A stretch of DNA of 32,000 nucleotides, from positions 1,830,001-1,862,000 of the forward strand of contig NC_014537.1 in NCBI RefSeq assembly GCF_000148385.1, written 5' to 3'. The position numbers and the translations under genes were made by a program. Numbering within the stretch: the stretch's first letter is position 1; the number at the start of each line of letters is the position of its first letter. The notes under the pieces were generated by a model. The model was not told where the DNA came from, did not search any database, and saw nothing but the letters and a program-made list of their open reading frames with translations. Below, one piece after another: positions 24,512 to 32,000 of this stretch. Source of the DNA: Vulcanisaeta distributa DSM 14429. Its GTDB lineage: Archaea; Thermoproteota; Thermoprotei; Thermoproteales; Thermocladiaceae.

Positions 24512-25306
24512 ATGGAGATATTGGCACTCGTAAAACTCGCACTCGATACAGGGCAGTTAAGGGTTAGCGAGACTAAGGTCGACATTGAAGCTACGCCACT
24601 TAAGATCAGTGATATCGATAGGAATGCGGTCGAGGAGGCCGTTAGAATTAAGGAGAAGGTTGGTGGTAGGGTCCGCGTAATAACGGCACTTAAGTATGGC
24701 CCACTAGCGAAGAGACAGCAGGAGGCGGAGAGCCTGCTTAGGGAGGTATTGGCTATGGGCGCTGATGAGGCCTACTTAATAGTTGATAATGCCTTAATAA
24801 ATAGTGATCAATTACTAACCGCGAAGGCCATAGCAGCGGCAATTAGGAAGTTGGGTAATTACGACTTAATAATTGCCGGTGAAGCAACAATAGATGGTTA
24901 TACAAGCCAGGTCGGGCCTAGGGTCGCCGCTGAGTTGGGGATTCCCGTTATTTCATTTGTTAGGGAACTGAGGATTGAGGGTAATAAGGTCATTGCAAAG
25001 CGCGACCTTGAGGAGGCGGTGCAAACCGTTGAGGCTCAATTGCCGGTGTTGGTGACCGTCACTAGGGAGATTAATGTACCGAGAATACCGCCCTTACTCC
25101 AGATAAGGGCTGCCATGAGGAAGCCCATAAATAGATTAAGCTTTGCCGACCTTGGTATTTCCGTAAAGTCGCCTGTTGAGGTTGGGAGTATTGTGCCTAT
25201 TCAGGTTAAGAGGAAGGGCGTAATTATTAAGGAGGGCAGTGTTGATGAAAAGGTGGAAAAGCTCGTACAAGCATTAATTCAGGAGGGCATAATAACCCCT
25301 AGGTGA
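24512..25306 (+). CDS. etfB: Electron transfer flavoprotein, beta subunit
   Basis: 264 aa. ILALVKLALD...INRNAVEEAVRIKE-like N-terminus, DLIIAGEATIDGYTSQVGPRVAAELGIP and the C-terminal recognition-loop region are typical EtfB motifs. Confidence 0.9.
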   Translation: MEILALVKLALDTGQLRVSETKVDIEATPLKISDIDRNAVEEAVRIKEKVGGRVRVITALKYGPLAKRQQEAESLLREVLAMGADEAYLIVDNALINSDQLLTAKAIAAAIRKLGNYDLIIAGEATIDGYTSQVGPRVAAELGIPVISFVRELRIEGNKVIAKRDLEEAVQTVEAQLPVLVTVTREINVPRIPPLLQIRAAMRKPINRLSFADLGISVKSPVEVGSIVPIQVKRKGVIIKEGSVDEKVEKLVQALIQEGIITPR

Positions 25307-26229
25307 TGGGCATGGCGAGGGTTCTCGTTATTGGTTCAATAAATGATGTGGGATTAATAGGTCTAGTGCAGAAGCTAGAGAATCCAGAAATTCATTATTT
25401 ACTGCTTGGAGCTGGGGAGGCAACTCAATTGGGTAAGTATGGGGTCACTAGGGCCTACGTATTGAGTGCGCAGGTTGATGAGGCATCATTCTCAGAGACT
25501 CTTACGGATTTAGTCAATGCCAATAATTACTCGGTAATCGCCGTTCCTGTGAGCAAATTCTTCAAGACCGCAATAGCCATTGCTGCGCAGAAGTTGTCAG
25601 CACCCTTAATAGTTGATGTGATCGATTTGAGGCAAAGCGGTAATGTCCTTGAGGTGACGTATAATGGCATTGGGAATAGGGCTCAGGTAACCGTTAAGGT
25701 GACTGATAAGGTGTTCTTAATGGCGCCACCAGCGCGCTTTAAGCCTGTTGAGAAGGCGACCACGGTATCTACGGAGACACTACAGCCTAAGGTTGTTCCT
25801 GGCGTTAAGGTTGTTTCTACTGAGGAGAAGCCTAAGGGTAAGGTTAGGATCGAGGACGCTGAACTAATTGTTTCGGTGGGTAGGGGTTTCAAGAAACAGG
25901 AGGATCTTAAGCTGGCCTTTGAGTTAGCCGAGGTTCTTGGGGCCGAGGTTGGTTGCTCAAGGCCAATAGCCGCGGATTTGAAGTGGCTTAGTGAAGATCA
26001 TTGGGTTGGACTCAGCGGACATAAGGTAAGACCAAAACTCTACATGGCAATAGGCATAAGTGGGCAACCACAGCACTTAGCCGGGATGATGGAGGCTAAG
26101 ACCGTGGTCGTGATAAATAGTGATCCCAATGCACCATTCTTCAAGAACTGTGATTATGGTGTTGTTGAGGACCTATATAAATTCGTACCGGCGCTAACGA
26201 AGAAGCTTCGTGAGATACTTAAGAAATAA
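25303..26229 (+). CDS. etfA: Electron transfer flavoprotein, alpha subunit
   Basis: 308 aa. The C-terminal FAD-binding domain has VSVGRG, GCSRPIAADLKWLSEDHWVGLSGHKVRPKLYMAIGISGQPQHLAGM and VVINSDPNAPFF. The start is ambiguous: GTG 25303 and ATG 25306 overlap the etfB stop. ATG 25312 lies 5 nt after the SD-like AGGTGA and gives MARVLVIG, which looks most natural. Confidence 0.9.
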   Translation: MMGMARVLVIGSINDVGLIGLVQKLENPEIHYLLLGAGEATQLGKYGVTRAYVLSAQVDEASFSETLTDLVNANNYSVIAVPVSKFFKTAIAIAAQKLSAPLIVDVIDLRQSGNVLEVTYNGIGNRAQVTVKVTDKVFLMAPPARFKPVEKATTVSTETLQPKVVPGVKVVSTEEKPKGKVRIEDAELIVSVGRGFKKQEDLKLAFELAEVLGAEVGCSRPIAADLKWLSEDHWVGLSGHKVRPKLYMAIGISGQPQHLAGMMEAKTVVVINSDPNAPFFKNCDYGVVEDLYKFVPALTKKLREILKK

Positions 26230-26313
26230 ATGACGGGGAATTAAATTCTAGGAATAGTATTTTTAATAATTAATTACCTCATTATATTTTATGCATTATA
26301 TTATTAAATATCA

Positions 26314-26341
26314 ATGGGAAATATTCTATGGGAAATATTCT
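26314..26341. repeat. Perfect 2 x 14-bp tandem repeat (atgggaaatattct) in the spacer upstream of the Fe-S oxidoreductase gene
   Basis: Read directly: unit 1 is 26314-26327 and unit 2 is 26328-26341. A second 14-bp-period pair, cattatatt at 26280-26288 and 26294-26302, lies immediately upstream. Confidence 0.7.
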
Positions 26342-26413
26342 ATAATTATTAATATTAATTGGAAAGACAAAATATATAAAGTAAAATAAAATAATGCTTT
26401 AAAAGATCATGGC

Positions 26414-28462
26414 TTGTTCAACTCGATGGACTTATCCTATGTGTGTTATGCAGAGTATTTTGGTCTACCTAGATTACCATCTATGGTTTCCGTATATGGC
26501 CTAGCAGCATTATCCGTTATATTGTTTTTCTATTTTCTTAAGATAAGGTTGAATAAGTATGGCATTGGACTTTGGGAATTCATATTAATACTGCTAAAGG
26601 GCTATAGGGCATGGATACCGTTTCTCTGGGATCTCGCTACTCACAGGCGTTTCACGAAGTACGAAGGTACTGGAGCAATAGCTCATTTAATGATACTATA
26701 TGCATTATTATTATCATTAATAGGCACATTAATAGTGGCCGCCAATCAATACATAGGTATATTTACCGGTAAAGAGATCTTTTGCGGGTACTTCTTCCTG
26801 GGCTATAGCCTAGTAATGGACATAACTGCCTGGGTCCTCTTCATAGGCTCTGCCCTAGGTATATACAGGGTTCTAGGCAGGAAGGAACTATACACAAAGA
26901 GTGAGTACTACGCAAACATATTATTTCTTGCTGGCTTCATGTACCTAGCCGTGAGCGGGGCTATAATCGAGAGCTATAGGTTCATTCACATGGATCTTTG
27001 GAGTTATTGGATGTTCATGCCGAACGCCCTAATACTATCGCCAATTAGTTCATCAAGCGCTCTGTACGTGGCGATTTACTACACGCATTTCCCACTGGCA
27101 CTGCTATTAATAGCAATAATACCACTCACGGCAATCTTCCACTCACTACTAGGGCTTTACAATTACATAATTAATTACGGCAGGCCCCTCGGCGAGTTGA
27201 ACAAACCCTTTGATCTGAAGGAATTAACAGCAGATTCCGCGACTGAACTAAAGGTGGGTTTCTCAGATGTAGGGGAAATACCGAAGTTAAGCAAACTAGA
27301 GGCTATGGCATGCACGAACTGCTTTAGGTGCCAAGACGCTTGCCCCGCATATGCCGCGGGTAGACCCCTATCACCCATGATGATAGTGACGAAGATAAAG
27401 CACGGGCTTTATAATAATAATGAGAACAAGTTAATTGATGGCTCCATTGCTGATGACGAATTATGGGCATGCACAACATGCGGCGCATGCATGAATACGT
27501 GCCCCGTCTACATAAGGCATGTCGACTACATACTTGACATGAGGAGGTACTTGGTCATGGTTAACATGAGGATAGACCAAAAGAAGTCAAGCCTATTGCT
27601 CAATCTATCCCAGTACAATAATTCAATGGGCATGTCTAATTACGGTAGGCATGATTGGTTGAAGGAACTGGGCGTCAAGACTGTCCAGGAGAACCCAGAC
27701 TTTGAGTACCTGCTCTGGGTTGGCTGCATGGGTAGCTTTGACAATAGGTCTAGGGATATAATAAAATCCTTGATTGAGATATTGAGAGAGGCGGGTCTCC
27801 TGGACAAGATAGCCGTACTTGGTGATGAGGAGACTTGCTGCGGTGACCCAGCAAGGAGGCTCGGTGAAGAGAGCAGGTTCCAGGAACTAGCACTTAGTAA
27901 TATTGAGCTGTTCAGGAAGTATAACGTGAAGAAAATAATAACGATCTGCCCGCACGGCTATAACACCTTCAAGAATGAATACTCGAAGGTGGATCCTTGG
28001 ATGAGCAACGTGAAGGTACTACATCATTCAGAGCTCCTGAAGCAATTAATTGATGAGGGCAAGGTAAAAGTGAGTAGGAATAACGTGGTCTTCACAATTC
28101 ATGACCCATGCTACCTAGCCAGGTATAATGGCGTTGTTGAGCCTCAAAGAAATATTGTTAGGAAACTTGGTGAATTGAGGGAGGCGAAGAAGCACGGAAC
28201 GCAAACCTTCTGCTGCGGTGCAGGTGGTGCCAATTATTGGTATGATGTGCCTGAGAAGAAGAGGATAAGCCATATAAGGCTTGAGCAGTTAATGGAGACA
28301 AATGCCCAAACAATAGTGACGCTATGCCCATTCTGCAACGCCATGCTTACTGATGCGGCAAGGGTTAAGGGTGTTGAAGGTAAGGTTAAGATACTGGATA
28401 TATCCGAAATAGTTAAGGCCTCGATTGCTCAGCCGCAGGAGACTAAGGCCTCTAATTATTAG
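26414..28462 (+). CDS. Fused membrane (DsrM/NarI-like) + HdrD/DsrK/GlpC-like Fe-S oxidoreductase; EtfD-like candidate ETF dehydrogenase
   Basis: 682 aa. The N-terminal ~260 aa have 5-6 TM helices containing several His. Two ferredoxin motifs follow, CTNCFRCQDACP and CTTCGACMNTCP. Two CCG-type Cys-rich domains come next (WVGCMGSF...EETCCGDP...ICPHG and HDPCYLAR...TFCCGAGG...LCPFC). The tracked start is TTG 26414. ATG 26426 (MDLSY...) sits about 25 nt after the TATA-like ctttaaaag and is the more likely start. Confidence 0.85.
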   Translation: MFNSMDLSYVCYAEYFGLPRLPSMVSVYGLAALSVILFFYFLKIRLNKYGIGLWEFILILLKGYRAWIPFLWDLATHRRFTKYEGTGAIAHLMILYALLLSLIGTLIVAANQYIGIFTGKEIFCGYFFLGYSLVMDITAWVLFIGSALGIYRVLGRKELYTKSEYYANILFLAGFMYLAVSGAIIESYRFIHMDLWSYWMFMPNALILSPISSSSALYVAIYYTHFPLALLLIAIIPLTAIFHSLLGLYNYIINYGRPLGELNKPFDLKELTADSATELKVGFSDVGEIPKLSKLEAMACTNCFRCQDACPAYAAGRPLSPMMIVTKIKHGLYNNNENKLIDGSIADDELWACTTCGACMNTCPVYIRHVDYILDMRRYLVMVNMRIDQKKSSLLLNLSQYNNSMGMSNYGRHDWLKELGVKTVQENPDFEYLLWVGCMGSFDNRSRDIIKSLIEILREAGLLDKIAVLGDEETCCGDPARRLGEESRFQELALSNIELFRKYNVKKIITICPHGYNTFKNEYSKVDPWMSNVKVLHHSELLKQLIDEGKVKVSRNNVVFTIHDPCYLARYNGVVEPQRNIVRKLGELREAKKHGTQTFCCGAGGANYWYDVPEKKRISHIRLEQLMETNAQTIVTLCPFCNAMLTDAARVKGVEGKVKILDISEIVKASIAQPQETKASNY

Positions 28463-28497
28463 AAAAATTATTTTACCCAATTTAACCCCTTGATTTA

Positions 28498-29169
28498 ATG
28501 TATCATAAACCAATAGCCATTGGTGCAGAGGCCGTACTTTACCTGGAGGATTGGTTAGGATTAACGGTGCTTGTTAAGGAGAGAGTGCCAAAGGGCTATA
28601 GAAGGGCCGAGTTTGATAATTACATTCGTAGGTTAAGAACAATCAATGAGGTTAGGGCTATGCTGAGGGCTAGGGAGTTGGGCGTACCCGTGCCTAAGAT
28701 ATACGATGTTGACTTAGTTAACATGAGAATTAGGATGGAGTATCTAAACGGAACGCCACTAGTTAGATTATTAATGGATAATGAGGAGCTCGATGATTTA
28801 ATCATTAATTACATAAGAACAATGGGTAATTACATAGGCATACTGCATAGGAATGGTATAGTGCATGGTGATCCAACACCGGCTAATGCATTAATAGTTA
28901 ATAATGATAAGTTATACCTCATAGATTTTGGCTTGTCTGAAATCCTTGGCAGGGCACCCAACGCGCAGGACATTAGGATGCTGTATAAGCTGGCGCTCGA
29001 TCTTAACGTGACTTTAAGGTCTTTTGAGGCGTTACGTAAGGATCAAAGTCGATTATTATTCACAGAGTTCCTTAATGGGTATAAAGGTGCCATGGGGCCC
29101 GAATTAACGGGTAGGGTTGAGTCAATCGTTAATAGGATAAGGAGGATGGTTAGGTATGCCGTTAGGTGA
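28498..29169 (+). CDS. bud32: Bud32/PRPK-type atypical kinase (KEOPS subunit)
   Basis: 223 aa. It has GAEAVLY (degenerate P-loop), VKER.PKGYR, a catalytic loop GIVHGDPTPANALIV and LYLIDFGLS. The small size and missing activation segment are typical of Bud32. Confidence 0.85.
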   Translation: MYHKPIAIGAEAVLYLEDWLGLTVLVKERVPKGYRRAEFDNYIRRLRTINEVRAMLRARELGVPVPKIYDVDLVNMRIRMEYLNGTPLVRLLMDNEELDDLIINYIRTMGNYIGILHRNGIVHGDPTPANALIVNNDKLYLIDFGLSEILGRAPNAQDIRMLYKLALDLNVTLRSFEALRKDQSRLLFTEFLNGYKGAMGPELTGRVESIVNRIRRMVRYAVR

Positions 29170-29199
29170 TTTACTCGTAGTCCTCACGAACAAATAAGC

Positions 29200-29206
29200 T
29201 TTAAAA
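29200..29206 (+). promoter_or_regulatory. TATA-box-like element upstream of rps15
   Basis: tttaaaa ends 21 nt before the GTG start at 29228, consistent with a leaderless ribosomal-protein mRNA. Confidence 0.4.
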
Positions 29207-29227
29207 CTTCTCTAAGTACCGTTAGGC

Positions 29228-29680
29228 GTGCCTCACCGTAGTAGGCATAAGCACGGTAGAAGCGGAAGTACGAGGCCTGTATCCAAGGTGACGCCATCAT
29301 GGGTTTCATACACGCAGGAGGAGGTTGAGCAGTTGGTTATTGAGCTGGCTAAGAGGGGTTTCTCGCCGTCAATGATCGGCATAATACTTAGGGATCAATA
29401 CGGAATACCATTGGTTAAGCCTATACTTGGTAAGAGCATTACGGAGGTCCTGCAGGAACATGGATTGGCTCCGCAAATACCTGAGGACCTAATGAACCTG
29501 ATTAGGAGGGCTGTGAAGATTAGGAAGCACCTTGAGGAGCACCCAAAGGACCTCAGCGCAAGGAGAGGCTTGAACCTCGTTGAGTCCAAGATACATAGGT
29601 TGGTTAAGTACTATAAGCGTGTTGGTAAGTTGCCACAGGACTTCACGTACACCCCTGAGGCATTCTCAATGCTCGCATAA
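29228..29680 (+). CDS. rps15: 30S ribosomal protein uS15 (S15P/S13e)
   Basis: 150 aa with a GTG start. The basic N-terminus is [15 protein letters not shown]. ...[14 protein letters not shown]...[14 protein letters not shown]...[12 protein letters not shown] are typical archaeal S15/S13e motifs. Confidence 0.93.
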   Translation: MPHRSRHKHGRSGSTRPVSKVTPSWVSYTQEEVEQLVIELAKRGFSPSMIGIILRDQYGIPLVKPILGKSITEVLQEHGLAPQIPEDLMNLIRRAVKIRKHLEEHPKDLSARRGLNLVESKIHRLVKYYKRVGKLPQDFTYTPEAFSMLA

Positions 29681-29683
29681 TGA

Positions 29684-30136
29684 TTAATCGAGCGGTATTA
29701 CCTCAGCAAGTACGTAACCCTCATTATTACACTTAATTCGGCTAGTCTCCCTCACAATCTTTATCTTCGTACCATCCCTAAGCACGTTATCACCGGGTAA
29801 GTACTTCTTAGCGTCATTGCATGTAATCAATGACCTTGTATATGTAATGACAACGCCCTCAATAAACAGTTTAGACGGTATTGGAACAATTATTGGAAGT
29901 TCCTCAGCAATTATTGGGACCATGTCCTCACCCGTTAAAAGGCATTTATTAGGTTGTGGTAAGCCGACGTGCTTAACCTCAATAATCCTATAAACCCTAC
30001 CTGGCTTAAGCCTAGCCACGCATATGTTAAATAATCTGCATTGCCTACATTCATTTGGGACAGAGTATAATCTAAAGGTCTTACCAACAACGGCCTGCTC
30101 CTTACCAATTAGCGTCATCACCCTTTTAGCCTCCAT
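29684..30136 (-). CDS. UPF0179-family small archaeal protein
   Basis: 150 aa. MTLIGKE...YSVPNECRQCRLFNICVARLKPGRVYRIIEVKH...KCLLTGEDM...ITCND...IKCNNEGYVLAEVIP matches my memory of the UPF0179 pattern (C..C.l...C...L.pGr.Y.I..vr...h.C). The real start may be the Met of MTLIGKE (30115). Confidence 0.65.
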   Translation of the reverse strand: MEAKRVMTLIGKEQAVVGKTFRLYSVPNECRQCRLFNICVARLKPGRVYRIIEVKHVGLPQPNKCLLTGEDMVPIIAEELPIIVPIPSKLFIEGVVITYTRSLITCNDAKKYLPGDNVLRDGTKIKIVRETSRIKCNNEGYVLAEVIPLD

Positions 30137-30138
30137 GA

Positions 30139-31212
30139 TTACTCACTAATCAAGGCCTTGCTCCTAATCACATCAATATTTAGCAATAGGGTCTTAAGTA
30201 AATCCTCAACCTGCTTTAGGTCATCAGTGTTTATTAATGATGCCGGTGAATGTATGTACCTTGCTGGAGTAGAGATTACTAATGATGGAACACCTGTACC
30301 ATACATATGTATCACACCCGCGTCTGTACCTCCATATGGGTTAACCTGGACTTGATACTTAATATTGCTGCTCTCAGCCACCTCAATGGCCACGGACAAC
30401 AACCTTGGGTTTGTAATCATAGACCTATCAAATGCCCTCAGTGCGGCACCACCACCGAGCCTTGTAACCCATACATCCTCACTACTCGTTGGTACATCGG
30501 CGGCTACCGTGGTCTCCACGATAAAAGCCACATTAGGATTAACCTGGTGAACAACGGCATTGATACCCCTAAGGCCAACCTCCTCCTGTGTATTCCACGC
30601 GAAGTATAATGATACGTCACCACCCACCTTATTTCTAATGCTCTTAAGTGCGTCAATCAGAACGGTACAACCAACCCTATTATCAAATGCCTTCCCAATA
30701 ACCACAGAACCCCTCTGCCTAAAACTACCTGCAAATGTACCTGGGGTCCCTGGCATAATTCCATTCTTTAAGGCCTCATCCCTACTGCTAAAGCCAGCAT
30801 CGACATATAACTCCTCAAACTTTGAGGGTGGCTTCTCCTTACGTAAGTGTGGCGGGTCAACGCCCACGACACCAACCACGTCACCATCCTTACCCATGAA
30901 TATTAACTCCTTATCGAGTAGTGTCCAGGGATCTAAACCACCAATGGGTACTATTCTTAGGAAGCCTCTTTGATCTATGTGTGAAACCATTACGCCTACC
31001 TCATCCATATGAGCACTAATTAAGACTTTAAATGACCCATCACCAACCCTCGCAATGAGGTTACCCATATTATCAACCCTAACATCATCGGCATAGTCAC
31101 TCACTAAGCCCCTGATAACCCTCCTTACCCTATCCTCGAATCCTGAGGGACCCACCTCCGTTGATAATCGACTAAGTAAGTCTATGTCCATACAAGTACG
31201 GGGGTTATTCAA
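30139..31212 (-). CDS. M42-family (TET/FrvX-type) aminopeptidase
   Basis: 357 aa. GPSGFEDRVR, LISAHMDEVG, GKAFDNRVGC, TQEEVGLRGI and the C-terminal PARYIHSP are the M42 metal-ligand and active-site motifs. Confidence 0.9.
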   Translation of the reverse strand: MNNPRTCMDIDLLSRLSTEVGPSGFEDRVRRVIRGLVSDYADDVRVDNMGNLIARVGDGSFKVLISAHMDEVGVMVSHIDQRGFLRIVPIGGLDPWTLLDKELIFMGKDGDVVGVVGVDPPHLRKEKPPSKFEELYVDAGFSSRDEALKNGIMPGTPGTFAGSFRQRGSVVIGKAFDNRVGCTVLIDALKSIRNKVGGDVSLYFAWNTQEEVGLRGINAVVHQVNPNVAFIVETTVAADVPTSSEDVWVTRLGGGAALRAFDRSMITNPRLLSVAIEVAESSNIKYQVQVNPYGGTDAGVIHMYGTGVPSLVISTPARYIHSPASLINTDDLKQVEDLLKTLLLNIDVIRSKALISE

Positions 31213-31235
31213 GCTTAAAAGCTTTGAATCTGTGA

Positions 31236-32000
31236 TTAAGCAAGGTTGTAATTCTTACCCGTAGTCATTAGATTGAGCCCTAAGTCCGTCTTTCTAATCG
31301 AATCCCACTTACTGGCAAGCTTGAACATGGCCCTCACAGCGTCGATATTTTCAGGAACCACGATACTCTCCTGGTGAACGCCCTGCATTAGGAAAAGCTC
31401 ATTCTGGAACACAGTTATTGAGTCCTCTATTATCGCGTTCTCCATAACATCACCCCTAAGCCTACCCATATCCCTAGCCCACTCAATTATTTGTGCGAGG
31501 GACTCAAACTTCCTCGATGATGAATTGAATAGTAATATCCTTGGTGTCTCCTCAAGAACCTTCGCAACCTCACCCTTACTCACTTGTCCATCAAACTCTA
31601 TGTTGACCATGTGTAGATGCATCATTGTTGTGGGTACTGCCACGGCCATTGTAACGATATCTATTGTGGGAAGCACCGTCTGTACATCAGGTCCATGGTG
31701 ACTAGGCACTGTCGCTGGGTTAAATACGACGTCATTAATGGGCCCCTTCTTAAACTCCCTAGGGTCGGCACCTCTCCTCACTAAATATGCCCTGACTCTC
31801 CTTATCTTATAGCCATGAACTAGAAAGGCACTTATTAATCTCGAAAGAGCCGTCGTGTTGCAACTAACGACTCTGATGAACCTCTTACCAATAGCCATGT
31901 CATAATTAGCAAGTGCGTTGAAGCTTACCTCGGCAACGTCAGCCTCCTCACCACCCTGGAATATGGCCCTTAATCCCACGGGTTCGTAAATCTTAACCCT
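31236..32000 (-). CDS. gap: Glyceraldehyde-3-phosphate dehydrogenase, archaeal type II; N-terminus lies beyond the right edge
   Basis: [44 protein letters not shown] contains the archaeal GAPDH catalytic SCNTT motif. The frame stays open from 31979 to 32000 (…[14 protein letters not shown]), so the tracked Met (actually GTG) is internal. Confidence 0.9.
   Translation of the reverse strand, partial: RVKIYEPVGLRAIFQGGEEADVAEVSFNALANYDMAIGKRFIRVVSCNTTALSRLISAFLVHGYKIRRVRAYLVRRGADPREFKKGPINDVVFNPATVPSHHGPDVQTVLPTIDIVTMAVAVPTTMMHLHMVNIEFDGQVSKGEVAKVLEETPRILLFNSSSRKFESLAQIIEWARDMGRLRGDVMENAIIEDSITVFQNELFLMQGVHQESIVVPENIDAVRAMFKLASKWDSIRKTDLGLNLMTTGKNYNLA

Noticed and set aside
26280-26341. Short tandem repeats considered as a possible CRISPR or mini-array
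   Set aside because: The units are only 14 bp, directly adjacent with no spacers, and present in only two copies. No cas genes are nearby. This is a simple tandem duplication, not CRISPR.
30158-30973. Four + strand ORFs (65, 100, 61 and 137 aa)
   Set aside because: They are antisense to the M42 aminopeptidase gene. Their low-complexity P/S/T/L composition marks them as shadow ORFs.
1-32000. Search for tRNA, rRNA, transposase, integrase, or IS terminal inverted repeats
   Set aside because: All spacers are AT-rich and short. None contains the GC-rich acceptor or T-arm-like stretches expected of hyperthermophile tRNAs. No ORF has DDE, tyrosine-recombinase or serine-recombinase motifs. This was by-eye inspection only, so tRNAscan-SE or Infernal should confirm it.

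Overview
This is a gene-dense chromosomal window with about 35 protein genes, and many gene junctions are 0-50 nt or overlapping. It reads as crenarchaeal core genome. It holds Cren7 chromatin protein, ribosomal proteins eS6 and uS15, both PheRS subunits, archaeal-type D-aminoacyl-tRNA deacylase, Bud32 kinase, archaeal type-II GAPDH, family-4 UDG and ExoIII. AT-rich usage plus this gene content suggest a Thermoproteales-like organism, which is inference only. I found no rRNA, tRNA, CRISPR array, transposase, integrase or prophage signature. Most long ORFs antisense to the called genes are compositional artefacts.

One gene is missing from the supplied track: a DUF58 gene on the minus strand at 1..671 that runs off the left edge. 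The tracked 109-aa ORF at 10391 is really a 67-aa Cren7 gene starting at 10517.

I did not find a clear-cut novel system. These are the best candidates for under-described biology, ranked honestly as moderate:
- A six-gene co-directional MBL / membrane / DUF4129-like / membrane / MoxR / DUF58 module (1..5419).
- An etfB-etfA pair followed by a fused membrane (DsrM/NarI-like) plus HdrD/DsrK-like Fe-S protein that could be the ETF-to-quinone link (24512..28462).
- A tight pheT-dtdA-DUF429(RNase H-fold)-ORF179 array (15074..18718).
- An orphan islet with a Zn-ribbon gene, a 244-bp repeat-bearing spacer and a 260-aa unknown gene (18681..19971).
- A presenilin/SPP-type intramembrane protease homologue (21865..22770).
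- A fused YeeE/YedE transporter with a Cys-rich small partner instead of TusA (7963..9697).
- Several small structured or repetitive intergenic elements.
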